A stretch of 64,000 nucleotides of DNA from Vicugna vicugna (Eukaryota): positions 567,303-631,302 of the forward strand of contig MU057640.1 in assembly GCA_013265495.1 (NCBI GenBank), written 5' to 3'. Position numbers and translations under genes: made by a program. The stretch's first letter is position 1. Each line of letters opens with the position of its first letter. The notes under the pieces are model-generated. The model made no database searches. It was not told the DNA's origin and saw only the letters and a list, made by a program, of their open reading frames with translations. Positions 48,210 to 60,884 of this stretch are shown in pieces.

Positions 48210-48775
48210 TGTTTTAGTTATCTGTGGCTGTATAAGAAACTACCCCCAAACTCAGCAGCTTAGAACAGCAAACACTTATTACATCCTAGTTTCTGAGGAC
48301 CAGGAATCGGGGACTGGTTCAGCTAGGTGGTTTTGGTGCGTGTTCCCTCATGAGGTGGTGGTCAAGGTGTTGGGTGGGGCTGTCGTCATGTCAAGGCTTG
48401 ACTGGAGCTGAACAAGTCACTTCTGAGCTTGCTCACACGGCCAGAGGCCACTCTCAGTTCCTTGCCATGGGGGCCTTTCCATAGGGCTGCTCATAACATA
48501 GCAGCTGACTTTTTTCAGACTGAGTAGGGAGAGGGATTGGGAGTGGGTGGTGGGGGAAAAACAGAGAGAGAAAGTGATCAAAATGGAAACTTGAGTGCCT
48601 TTTTATAATTCAGTCTCCAAAGATGTATATTGTCACCTCCTTTTTTTTTTTTTACCATATCTGTGAAAACAAGTCACTAAGTTCAGTCCACATTAAACAG
48701 TTGGGGAACATCCTCCACCTCTTGAAAAGAGGAGGATCATAGAACTCATTGGCCTTTTTTTTTTAAAGCATCACA
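48210..48775 (-). mobile_element. MLT1 (MaLR) solo LTR, longer subfamily
   Basis: TG...CA termini, 5-bp TSD GCCAC (48205-48209/48776-48780), ccccaaactcagcagcttagaaca motif. Confidence 0.8.
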
Positions 48776-49559
48776 GCCACCAGCATTGCACCCTGGTGCT
48801 CATTTCCATCCTCTGCATTGTTCACTCTGACTTGCAAGGCTGCTCTCCTGCCAGTGGCACCAACTTCCCTCCTGGATCTGGGCGTTCTTGGAGAATATGC
48901 ACAGCCACTTGACCAGACTCTGGAGCTGTGAGAGGAGCTCCACCAGAACCTGGCTCAACCTTGCAGGCAGGGCTCTGCCACCTGGGACAGAAGAGTTTCA
49001 CTCCAAGGTCAGAAGGAAAGAACTGACTTCCAGAGACTTGATGCATCTCCTAGGGCCAGATGGAAAGTGATGCTGGCAGGGCCTGGCTTTGGCCATGGAA
49101 CCCACATCAAAACATGACCCCTGCTATCGATGAGTGGAATCAGATAAGACAGCATTCCCAAGGCTATTTTATACGGTGTTTCCGCACGTGAGCATGATGG
49201 ACCAAGCCAGTGGAAAGAGAAGCACGCTGTGAGGTGATCTGCTCATGAATTCTTCCCTCTACAATGTTGAAACCACTAGGTTATCCAGAGGGAAGAGGGC
49301 CCACTACTCCTGGGGATCACTTGATCCAGTTCCAATCAGCAGTGGCTCAGTGCGAAATACTTTCTCTTCCTTTCTTGTCTTACTTCATCTCTCCCTTGCT
49401 GGTGGTGGCCATCCTTTTCTCTTCCTGGGATGCCATGAAGGGCTCTCTCCAGGTTCTCCTCCTTCTATGACCACATTGTCTCTGTCCTTCTCCTTGATCT
49501 CTTCTTGATGCCCTTTCATGCCTTCAGTTTCCATGGTTACCCTTCTCCCTCCACCCAAC

Positions 49560-50620
49560 AAGATCCTTTTCATTTTTCCCTCTGTGGTCTCTCCCTGAGC
49601 ATCTCAAATGCCAGGGCTTCATCTACCACTCACACCTGATGATTTCTTAATCTGTATCTCCAGTTTGGTCCTCTCTCCTGAATATGGACCCATATTTTCT
49701 CACCAACCCCTGGACATCTCCACTGAATGTCTCATCACAACACACGAAATGTGCCAGTTTTGAATCTATTGTTGCTCTCCGCAAGCCTGCTGTCTCCATC
49801 ACAGCTCACAGTGTTATCATCGACTCTGTGGCCCAACCTAAGAATCCTAGTGTCATTTTTTACTTCTCCATCTTGCTGACACTCATGTCCAGGCAGGCAT
49901 CACGTCCTGTTCACTAATTCCACCTCTCAAATGCTTCCTACATTTATTACCACTGTTACGAGGCTGGTCCTGGACCAGTGCTTAGACTAGAACATAAACT
50001 CCACAAGAGTAGAAGCTTTTATCTGTGTTATTCATCGCTTGGCACCTCCCACAGTGCCTGGCATCTCCCACAGTGCCTGGCACATTGTAAGTGCTCAATA
50101 AACATTTGTTGAATAAATAGATATTATAACTGGTCACCTGGCCCTAGCTGTCTCCACTATATCTACCCTCTGCCCTATCACTGGAGCCATCTCTCTAAAG
50201 CATGGGTACAAGCAGATCAAGTCCTTGCTTAAAAAAACTCTGAGGATTCCTTGCTGTTTACGGAGTCAAATTCAGATCTGTATACCTGAATAAGGGGCCC
50301 TTCACAATCTTTCTTCTTACTTTTCTAGGATCATCTTTTGCCACTTTCCATTTCCTCTGCTCACCTTGAGCTCCTCTGCTTTGCCTGAACAAATCATGCA
50401 CCCTTAATTTCTTATAATTTCTTCTCCCTGTAACTCTCTTTACTCTTTTTTTTCTCTTAGAAACTCCTATTCATCCTTCAAGGCCCAGCTCAAATGCTAC
50501 CTCCTCTCAGTGGCTTTCCTCAAGCTCCTGATTATTTATCGCTTCCCCATCTGTAAGTGCTTTATTCATGCCCCTATTATAGCACTTATGACATTGTATT
50601 GTAGTCTTTAAATACATATA
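49560..50620. mobile_element. L2 LINE fragments
   Basis: tgatgatttcttaatctgtatctccag...ctggacatctccactgaatgtc; acagtgcctggcacattgtaagtgctcaataaacatttgttgaataaat (L2 3' end); tcctattcatccttcaaggcccagctcaaatgctacctcctc. Confidence 0.7.
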
Positions 50621-50627
50621 TATAACC

Positions 50628-51198
50628 TGTAAAGGTTGTCTGTTGCCATATAACAAATTACTCCAAAATGTAACAGCTTAAAACATAAATGTTTATTATC
50701 TCATAGTTTGTATGGGTCAGGAATCTAGGTTTGGCTTAGCTGAGTGCCATTGGATCAAGGTCTTTTACGAAGTTGCAGTCAAATTGTCATCCAGAGTTAT
50801 GGACTTATCTGAAGGCTTGACTGGGAGAGGATTGAATTCCAAGCTCACTCAAATGGTTTTGGGCAAGATTCAATTCCTCCCAGGCTATTGGACTGAGGCC
50901 TCCCTTCATCTGCTGCCATGTGGGCCTCCCCAAGGACATCTCACAACACAGCAGCTGGCTTCCCTTAGAGTGAGTGAGTGAGAAGGCATAAAAGAGAGAG
51001 CGCTGAAGATGAAAGCCACAGTCTTTTTATAACTTAATATTAGGAATGACAGCCTATCACTCCTGCCATCTTCTGTCTACTTGCTAGAGGTGAATCAGTA
51101 AGTCCATCCACCCTCAAGGGGAGAGAATTACAGAAGCTTATGGACACCAGGAGAGGGGGATCGTTGGTGGCCATCTCAGAGGCTTCCTGCCCATCACA
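50628..51198 (-). mobile_element. MLT1 (MaLR) solo LTR inserted into an L2
   Basis: taacaaattactccaaaatgtaacagcttaaaaca...ttattatctcatagttt...gggtcaggaatct motif; ends ...catcaca. Confidence 0.75.
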
Positions 51199-52353
51199 CC
51201 TCCTAAACCTGAGCTCCTCAAGGAAGGATCTTTGCCTCATTCATCTTTGAAACTTCGGCACCTAGTATAGTTCCTGGCAGGAGCAGGTGCTCAGTGAATT
51301 TAGTCAAATTCAATAGAACTATTTTTCTATAAGAACCTGATCACAATAAAATAAATTACAAAGTCAGAAGAGCCCTCAAAATTAGACTAAAAGTGATTTA
51401 AAAAGTAAGGTGTAAGACAAAGTATCTTAAGTGTCATGGACACACGGTCAGTCCTCTGCGTCCAGGCACTTCTGGGATTGCTTCCCGGTCTCACAGGGAA
51501 AAGGATGGAAAAGCAAGAAAGTGTCTTTTTCCTTTTGACTTTGCACAAGTCTGAAACACTTTTAAAAGAAAAAAGAATGGAATACCATCTCAAAGCTCCT
51601 CAGACAACTCGAGAACTTGACCACCCATGAGTCCATCCTCCAGTTCACGGAAGATCAGCAGTTGGAGGATCACAGGCAATCAAGTGCTGACTGATCACTG
51701 ACCTTTTCTACCAGCTACCCATCAATTATACCATATACTCCGCCAGGACAGAGGGCAGCACAGTGATTACAGGGTCTCCAATTTGAGCGGCAGTTTCTTC
51801 ATCAGACTCACTTTTCCAAAGGAAACCCAGAGCCTTCAGCCAGGCCCGTGGCCAGGTGCGCCCAGTGCCCAGAGAGGCCTGTGTCAAGGATTCCCATCTG
51901 CTGCTGTTGTGGGCTCCGGACAGCGATTCAGGCCGGCCTCCGCACACTGACTTGCTCACGTTGGTGACCTTCTGTCAGCCCCTGCCTGGCGGTAGCTGCC
52001 TACTGTCACACAGCAAGCTCAACCCAGATCTGATATTGCTCGTGGGTGAAACCTCACCCAAGGCCCCCGCCCGCCTGCAGATGCATTGACAGCCCATCTG
52101 TACAGGGCCCGCGTATGGCCTGGGGGTGGTTGGGGTGCTTGGTGAAAAGCGCTTTCGGTTTCTAGATTTCTTTTGCTTTCTGCTGTGGTTTTGGGCTAGG
52201 AGCGGGCTAGTTCAGTGGAAGCGTTGACAGGAATTCTAGCAGAACTGGGTATTTTAATTTCCTTCTTAGTTTCTTTCACTTTGAGTTTCAGCTGGCAAAC
52301 TTTGGAAGGCTTGTTTACCCCACCAGATGGGCAGTTTGGGATCAATATTATCT

Positions 52354-52363
52354 CTAAAAATAG
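52354..52363. promoter_or_regulatory. MEF2 consensus site within an E-box/MEIS motif cluster
   Basis: CTAAAAATAG; CAGCTG 52289, CAGATG 52324, TGACAG/CTGTCA x4 in 51972-52230. Confidence 0.4.
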
Positions 52364-53127
52364 TGTTTATGGGTGGCACAGACAGAGCCACAGCTTCAGG
52401 GATAGAAGAGTCCTATCCTTTCATTTAATATATTAGAAAACTAATGCCCGGAGATGCAAAGTCCAAGGGACTCCGATGCTGCCGCACGTCTCGGATTGTG
52501 GTACTTGCTCCACGAGAGGAGGTTTTGGCTTTTCTCACTGCTGGGTCCCCAGTGCCTAGAAGAGGGCCTGCCATGGTTATTTATTCAACAAATACTGTTG
52601 AGTAAATGAGTAAATTATTCTTGGTCCTCAGCTGCAGTGACTAATTTGGGGCACGGGGACCATTACTGTGGTTCCTGACATCTTTCTGGCGCTATGCCTC
52701 GGCCCCAACCTGGGCCAGTCAGGTAAGTTACGTAAATCCAGGTCAAGACCATCCCATCCCCTTGTTTCACTTGAAGCAGCCCAGCCTCAGAGCCCTTAGG
52801 GATATAGATGAGACTGGGCTCGGACCATACTTGACCATGAGAACTTGGGGAGTTTCTAGGGCCATTTGAGAATGGTGCCATGAGGCCTTAGCTGTTTAGC
52901 CCCATTAAAGGTGCTCCTAATGTTCTCGCATGAATGTGCTTTCTGTGGTTCTTGACGGTCACGATTAAAACAACAATCCCTGTGTCTTGCCTCCTGTGTG
53001 GTACCTGGGTGCCAGAGAGTTTGACAGCTTTGAGGGAGGACAGGCAGTCCTCTAAAATGTGTTGAACTTGCTGATGGTAAAGTGTTTTTAGCTAAGCAAA
53101 AGACAGCTGTGGTTCACACTGTTGTTT

Positions 53128-53308
53128 GATTTGATTTGATTTTTTATAGGTTAATTTATTTATTTAATTTTATTTTTGGGGTTTTTTTAGGGGGGGGTGG
53201 TAATTAGGTTTATTTATTCATTTTATTTTTAGAGGAGGTACTGGGGATTGAACCCAGGACCTCGTGCATGCTAAGCACGCACTCTACCACTTGAACCATA
53301 CCCTCCCC
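53128..53308 (-). mobile_element. Full-length tRNA-derived camelid SINE (Vic-1-like)
   Basis: Reverse strand reads GGGGAGGGTATGGTTCAAGTGGTAGAGTGCGTGCTTAGCATGCACGAGGTCCTGGGTTCAATCCCCAGTACCTCC (A/B boxes), then AAATAAACCTAATTACC and an A-rich tail. Confidence 0.85.
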
Positions 53309-56300
53309 ACTCACATCATTGTTTATTTTTGATGCATTTTTTGTTTGTTTGGTCTTCATCCTTTCTACTCTGTCTTCTGTGTCCTCTTTGAGGTACGTTA
53401 AAAATGATGAGGGGGAAAAAGGAAGCCATGTGGGTGCCTCTGGGGCACCATTGTGGTTGTCAATTTGTAGATGTCTTAGCGCTAGAAGTAACGTCTGCAG
53501 ATGAGAGGTGAGCCTGCAGACCACCGGAGAAGGTTTGCAAAGCAGGGCTGGAGAAGTAATCCATGTGAGGGAGGAATGCCTGGTTAACATGCTTGTCATG
53601 AGATATGTATACAGAGGTTGAATTCTTGACTGCTCAGGATTCGTTCCCCTTTACAGATTACGTATAATGACGTACAGACTCATTCCCTCCACCTGACAAG
53701 CTGTGTCTAGGTGGAGGGGGATAGAAAGAGGAAGAGAGAAAGGGAGGAAGGGAGAAAGGGGCAGAAACAGAGGAGAGAGGGACAGAGAGAATACATGAGA
53801 ATGAGTGGATCTGATGGAGTGAGATGGCTTCCCAAAGTGAGCTAGTAATAATTTTTCCCCCAAATTACTCTTCAGCGTGGAGGATTCAGATTTGACTGCA
53901 CTGTACATAAAGTCTTTAGCTAACGCTTCTTATATATTTTTGCAATATGTAAATATTAGGAATTGCATGTGTGTATGAATATAGAGAACTGCTAGATATT
54001 TGAGCCAAATTATTTTCTAATGAATCCCTATGCAGACTTGTTTTTGGTGCTATTTCAGATTGGAATTGATCCTACGTATTTTATATAATATGATTTCTAC
54101 AAACCAGGCATCAGGCCAAGGAGCGCAATTTTGTATTTTGCACGTACTTGCCTGAGAACCACAGCTATTTAAGTTCTCCTTTCTTGAGAAATTAGTTCTT
54201 AAGAGATCAACATTGATAAATAAGGTAATACAATATAATTGGGTGTTTATAATTTCACAATGAATAAATAATAGACCATACTAGTTCCACAGTTATTTGT
54301 ATCTGTTTTATTTATGTTTTCAGCACATGCTTAGCGAGGTAATTTTTTTTTCCCCTGGAGCTCTAATTTAATCAGTGATGTGGCTTAGCCTAGTCCAAAT
54401 TAAATACTGGCAATAATGAAATAAAAACTCTTTTAATAAGGATCATAATGGAAGAGACACATGTCATAGCAGTTTGTAGATTTCGTTTTGCCCAGGGTTT
54501 GTTGAAAATGAACTGTTTCTCTCACTGTGCCGAGTATCTATAGAGCGCCACTGACTGGCTAATGACTTCTGCTAGCTTCTAAGTCACATTTGTAATGTGA
54601 GCTCAATCCACAAGGTATATTTAGATATTTTTGTCCCCGAAAGGTTGGAAATACCCATGTGTGTGGGCAGTGTGTATAAGCATGTGTGCGAGCAGGCAGC
54701 TATGAATATGAAACTAACACTGGTTTTGCCTAGATACTCATCTGTGAGCCTTCTCACTCAGACAGCACAAAATCCTGTTTGCTGTCCCTGGAACATCTCA
54801 GCATCTATGCACGTGCGTTCTGCAAAGACATGAGATGTGTCCTTCAGGTGGCAAGGGGGCAGTCCCTGCTTTCAGATGCCCGCCTCCTCTTTTCCACTGG
54901 GCTCAGTCGACTGTAATGTCATACACACCAGCCTCATGAACAATCTTCTTTCTGGGAAGCTTCTCACAGCCGGCTGGTTTCCCTTTTTCTACCCATCTGC
55001 TGAAATTGTACCCTGAGGCCAAATTTTTATTGTCTGGAAGCCCTGCCCAGAAGTTAGGTCTCCACACATGGTGGCCATGACTTATACTTCCTGTTTCAAC
55101 TTTTAGCGAGGATTGAGGTCCATTTTGGGAAGGTTAGGGCTGGATTAAGAATGCCTCGTCACACCAAGTTCACCCCTGGACCAACTAAACGAGGGGGCAG
55201 AAGATTTATTGAACTGTCCTGATAGAACAAATTCGGAGGAACACTCAGGAAGGACTCGGTTTTTAATGGTCTGGCTGGGGTGAATCATGCACACCACGCC
55301 ACTTTCTAAATCCATTTTGGTAATTGGAATCTTATAAATGTCCTGCTGAATCATCTCACCCCAGGGGTCTGGGAAGGGTTGTTTCCCCTTCATTCCATTG
55401 GGCTATTTAAATAGCAATACACACACCCTTTGCTTTAAAAAAAGAAAAAACTGGAAATATGGAATATCTAGATTTCCAAGCAAGCACGGTAGAGAATAAT
55501 GGTTAACTTTACAAAAGAGATTAAGGCAAGAATCTTTCTGTAGTGAGTGACCGTGAATATATCACTGAACTGCCAATGTGCCTCTTTATTTTCTACCATT
55601 GCTGAATTGGAAGGACTATTATCCATTTACTTCCAAGGATTTTAGAAATTAGTTCGGGGCAAAAATAAGTTCTAGTTCTAGCAGTAAAACTTAGATATGG
55701 GCCTCTGGCACTTTCCTTGGAAGCTTTTTCTTTGTCCAACAGTGGCGTTATTTCAGTCATTTCCATGGATAGATAAGAAATCTTATCTTTATAGTTTTAT
55801 CTGGGGAATGACTTCCGTCTGTAGAGGCAGGCAGCAGACGGGTGCCTTGTTGTGGTGGCACAGAAAGGAGGACTTGGTTCTGGGCAGAGTTTCTGCACCT
55901 GCTAATGGCAGCTTGGGTGACTTACCTCTCTGTGTCTCACCCTCCCTGGCTGAGAAGTTGCATCACCTCCTTTCTTCTCCCATTTGAATGATGTCTGAGT
56001 TCCAAGCTGAAGGAGCTCTGCATCCAGAGCTGAGGCTAATCTGAATTTTAATCCTGAATTTTACCGGAGGTGGAGGCCTTGTGAGCTTCATTCCCTTTCT
56101 TTGCCTTTGAAGGTCTTTCTGAAGACATGAACAGAGAGAACCCCATGAGGTTTTTTTGAGAGACTTCCAACAGGAGTTTCCCAAGCCTACTTGCTTCTGT
56201 TCACTGGTCCAAAGCTATCCCAGAAAATGTCTTCAGAGCTCAGCATGGTGGTCAGAGAGGTCTTGAACAGAGAGCAGGTGCTCAGGAAATATTTGTGGAG

Positions 56301-56629
56301 TGTGGTTGAATGAATGAAGCATACACATCACCCCTCACACCCATCCTGGAGGCAGCTCCAGATGCACAGCTGGCTGCGGAGTCCATGTCTTGTTCTGGAA
56401 TGTGCTGACCCTCCTTCCCAGGGAAGATGACACTGATGAAGGGCGTCACTATTAGTAGGGCAGCTTCGGCTCTGCTCTGTCAACACGCCCTCACTCGGGG
56501 TCCTTATTGAGCAATGACAAACTCAAGCACCTGTGGTGGTCAACACAGCTGACCGCCCTCTCCCTGATGTATCTGTGGGAGAGGGTGAGCTCTGCGTCCT
56601 TCTATTCCACCATCTTGAAGCCCCTCCTC

Positions 56630-57300
56630 CACCCTCTCCCTCTTGAAAGCTCTCCTCTTGGCCACTGTGACCCATACTTGCCCAGTTTGCATCTTACCTC
56701 TCTCTGGCCGTCCTTTCAACTTTCATCTGTTGGTTCTTTCTTTTTATCTTCAAATAGTTGAGTTCCTCAAAGTCTAATCTTAGACCGTTTCTCTCTTTTC
56801 TCCTCTTCCTTTCTCTTTTTTCCCTTTTCCTAGGTAATTTCATGAATTCTCAATGACCATCTATTAAGAAAAAACTCCTAAATTTACATGTCTAGTCTGT
56901 ACTTCTCTTTTGGGCTCTAAACCCGTATATTCAACCATCCACTTGACATTTCCACCCAAACTCTCACAGACTTTCAAATTCAACATGCTCGAAACAGAGC
57001 GAAGCCAGCTCCCCTCCCCATTTGGTCCCTATATGCTTTCTATAGCCTTCCTCACCGGAGTACGTTTCACTGCCACCTGCCTTGTGTCTTTGGTCAGGAT
57101 ATTGAGAATATTTCTCATCATCTCTCTTTCCCACACGTCCAATGTTCAAATAATGGTCAAGTCCTGTCAATGATTTCTTTAATATTTCTTAAATCTCCAC
57201 CTTAGTTTCATCATCCTTGTCTCTCTCCTGGCAGCAGCATCTGCCTCCAAACTAGTTTCCTGGCAACAATTCTTATGTCTCTGCACCCCCTTACCCTCCC
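56630..57300. mobile_element. L2 LINE fragment
   Basis: actccctaaatttacatgtctag...cccgtatattcaaccatccacttgacatttcc...caaattcaacatg. Confidence 0.6.
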
Positions 57301-57429
57301 CACGTCCCCCTGCACTGCTCACCCCAATTCTTTCCCTAGACAGCAGCTCCTTTCCTTCCCTCCCTTCCTTTCCTTCCCTCCTTTTTGTTGATTTAAATTT
57401 TTATTTGTGTTTTCCTTATTTAAAAAGAT

Positions 57430-57745
57430 CTTTTCAACTTTTTCTTTTGAAATAATTATAGCTTCACATAAACTTGCAAAATATATTACTGAGAGGTCCC
57501 ATGCACCCTTCACTCAGTTTCCCCCCAATGGTAGTAACATCTTACATAACCATAGTATCCTATCAAAACCAGGCAATTGTCATCGATGCAATCACAGACC
57601 CAATGCATATGTCATTGGCTTTACATGCACACACACATGTGTGTATGCGTGTGTATTTGTAGTTCTATGCAGCCTTATCATGTACGTAACCACCACCGTG
57701 ATCAAGGTTCAGAACTGCTTCACTACCCTGAAGATCCCTTGTGCT
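57430..57745 (-). mobile_element. L1MC-like 3' end fragment
   Basis: tttgaaataattatagc...gagaggtcccatgcacccttcactcagtttcccccaatggta. Confidence 0.7.
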
Positions 57746-57784
57746 GAAGCGATGGTCCTTTAAAAACACAATGTAACAATCCAG

Positions 57785-57878
57785 GGATTGATGGATGTGT
57801 TAAGTAATCTTATTGTGGTAATCATTTTGCAATATATACTGATGTTAAATCATCATGTTGACATGTTAAAAAAAAAAA
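57785..57878 (+). mobile_element. Short L1 3' tail with polyA
   Basis: gatggatgtgttaag...ttgtggtaatcattttgcaatatatac...aaatcatcatgttg + A12; approximate flanking duplication. Confidence 0.6.
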
Positions 57879-60071
57879 TCACAGTGTAATCCAGTCACTG
57901 CGTTGCTTAAAATCCTTCAATGATTTTAGAGCCCCAAATCCTTGAATAAGGGCCACAAGTGCTCGTGTGTTCTGGCTCTAACTACTGGAGAGCCAGGTGC
58001 TTCTTGCCCTTCTCCTTCTGCCCGCCAAGCCTCTGCTCACTGGCCTTGCCCTTCCTTTGAATGTGCGAGCTCCCCGCTGCTCAGAGCCGTTACACGTGCC
58101 GTTCTCCTCACGTGGAATCCGCTCCCCCTCCCACCCAGCTAACTCCTCCTCATCTGCCAGATATCAGTGTAAAGATCTGTCTCAGAGAAGATTTCCTTGA
58201 CATCTCAGGCTAGATTCGATTCTCCTGTGATTTTTTTTCATCTCCAGTCATGATTTTCCTTCCTGGCACGTACAACACAGTTGTAAGAAAAGAGATATGT
58301 GTGTCGTTTTTTAACTGGCGTTCCCTCTGACCAGACTAGAGGGATCTGGGGATTCGTGCCCAGCACTGTGTCTTTTCTGTCTGGTGCAACAGCTGGCTGA
58401 GCAGGTGCTCAGTCAACGCTTGTTCGGGAGCGGTTACTGTAAGCTGGCTGGTTGTGGCTGAGGGTGCCCTGAGGCCATGGAACTGGGCAGCAACCACCTG
58501 CTGATCTGGGTGTCTGCTCCGTAAATTCATCTTCATCCTTCCCAGATGTCCTGTCTGCAAACCTGGGCATCTATGACCCAGGCCACTCAGAATCTCAAAC
58601 TGGTATTTCTTCTCCTGTTCCCATCCCACTATTTTCTGTGAGAGATTGGAATAGGGAACAACCCTGGCCAGTGTTCTACTTAGACAGATCTTTGAGATGC
58701 TTTCAGGAATGTCGGTCAGCAGAATGTTCATCCAGGCCTTTCATGGAAGGATTCTTTCTGTCCAGGGTCAGTGACATGGTGTCACGTTGAGACAGTTATC
58801 AGTTCAGAGCTGTGTGTGTTGGGGGGTCCTCAATTGGATGGTGCTTAAGAAGTCCTAGAAAATCTTTTAGATCAGTCCTCTCCTTAGCACTTCCACCTGC
58901 TATTTGCTAAGTGTCTCCACCTCCCTTCACCACAAGTCATTTCCACCATCACTCCCACCCTCAGAGGTAATTCAGTGTGCTTGGTGTTTGTGGGGCTCCA
59001 GATCTGAAGGGGGCCTTATGTTGACTGAATAGACAGTATCTCCCCCAAAGGACCATGATGTAACCAGCTCCGTGAGAATCTGGAGGAGAGGAAATGAGGG
59101 TCTCCTGCTGGGCTGTGCCTTTGCCAAGGAGGGGTGGTACCAGGTGGGGTCTTGACTATTGGTGGAGGACACTGGGTTGGGGGAGCTGCCGCTAACGGAT
59201 GCCTCTGTCTATAGCATCCCTCTTTAGAAGCACACAATCCCTCCTGTGAAAGAGGCAACACAATGCGTGATAGAGTGGATTTGGCAGAGTTGGGAGCTCT
59301 GGAGATGGGTGAACCAAACCCCAGCAATGCATGAAACCATCAGTTCTTTGTGAGAGTCAGTAATGGGCTTTCCCTGGGCTCTCTGGGTGGATTCTGGTCT
59401 GATTCACAGCCCTGGGAAAGCTGGGGATATGATCCCAGTTTCCCTTCCATGTCAAATACAGGGTCAAGGTCTTCACGTTCTGTGGCTCAGAGTTGTCCTC
59501 TCGCTGCCGGCGTCTGTCTTTTGCGGGAGGTATGACTGAGAGCAGAGCCCAGCTCTGCAGGCTGAGCCTCAGATATTAGTCTGCTGGGGCTGTGTGCTCG
59601 AAGGTCACATTGATGTCCCTCCCCATTTTGCTGCTGGCTTGGCTAACGTGATACTTGGGATGGAGAGAAGAGTGAGAGCCAGTGACCAGTCCTTTCAGGA
59701 TTGACCTGACCGTTGTGTGCCCACTGCAGTGACGCACCACTTCTCCGCCCTCCCCCCACAGGCCCTGTTCCTGTGCAGGGCGTGGGCTTCTGCTAGTCTC
59801 CTGGGCGTGGGCACGACACTTGAGATAGCAGTGCAGTGCCTCCCAGTGCTTCTGAGCTCTGTCCCTGGGAACTTCACCCGCTCCCTCTGACCTCCTCCCC
59901 CGTGCCCTGAGGCAGCACGAACATCTTTGCAGGTTAGAAGGCCCAGCCCCAAGTAGCTCTTATATGTTGCTCCCGCCACAACTGATGCTGGAGCTGGGGA
60001 GATGATGCTGGTGACTCTCACGCTGCTGCCTTTTGCTGTGCGATTTCCTTTCTCTTTCCCTTTGATCACCA

Positions 60072-60131
60072 CTTTCTGTCCTCATCAACTGGTTGTACAT
60101 CTTTCTGTCCTCATCAACTGGTTGTACATCT
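60072..60131. repeat. Perfect 29-bp tandem duplication
   Basis: ctttctgtcctcatcaactggttgtacat x2 (60072-60100, 60101-60129). Confidence 0.97.
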
Positions 60132-60391
60132 ACACCTAGCTCGTAGGGCAAGAGGATTTGGGTGATCTCTAGTCCCAGCAAAAGGGTAATGCCCGTTTCT
60201 CTCTTTGGCCCTTGAGCTCATGTGACTGTGGGTGGTGGTGAGGAGTGTGGGTAGGGCTCCACCCACGTCCCCGGTTTGCTTCCCAACCTGTGCTACCCCA
60301 CCCTCTCTCCAAGTTGGGCATAATGCTGTGGTGTTGAGGGGTGACAGGTAGGACCCTCTGGCCCTAATGCTGCCACTTCTGCTTCCTCCAG

Positions 60392-60504
60392 GTCACCCCA
60401 CCTGCCTGCAGTTCACCCTGAACATGACTGAGGCTGTGAAGACCTACAAGTGGCAGTGCATAGAGTGCAAATCCTGCATCCTCTGTGGGACCTCGGAGAA
60501 TGAT
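60392..60504 (+). CDS. DPF3: DPF3b-specific exon (113 nt): completes PHD1 and begins PHD2; the gene continues beyond the window
   Basis: Branch-point-like CCCTAAT 60362-60368, pyrimidine tract, CAG acceptor 60389-60391, GTGAGT donor at 60505; phase 1/0; encodes [38 protein letters not shown]. Confidence 0.97.
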
Positions 60505-60884
60505 GTGAGTGTGTGTTTCCTGCATGGGAGGGAGAAATCCAAGGAGCTGAGAGTCCTCTGAGGGTTGGAGAGAACGGCAAGACTCTGATCACTGGGCTCC
60601 TGGGGAAAATGTCTAGGACCTCCCCCTTTCCTATTGCCCCCAGGACCTTTGGGACCCTTGCACTACAGGGATCTTGGGTTCTCTGTGTGTCTATGGAGAC
60701 CGGTACAGTAGGTGATGGCCAGAGGCTGCCTTGCTGGCCATGGTCCTGGAGGGTTCAGTGACAGATAATGGTACCCACTGCTTATAGTTGGGTGTAGTTG
60801 GGTATATATGTGGCTCTTTACACCACATTCTAGAATGTGTCATCTCACTTGGTCTAAATGTTAAGTGTAATAAATGCAGAATTT

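Noticed and set aside
53232..53308. tRNA-like sequence (also 27445-27607)
   Set aside because: Has SINE tail, polyA and TSD-like flanks; a SINE head rather than a tRNA gene
56790..56840. Pyrimidine tract + TAG|GTAATT as a recursive site
   Set aside because: Lies within an L2-derived low-complexity tract, and the donor is weak
60072..60131. 29-bp direct repeat as a CRISPR-like array
   Set aside because: Two adjacent copies, no spacers, mammalian intron
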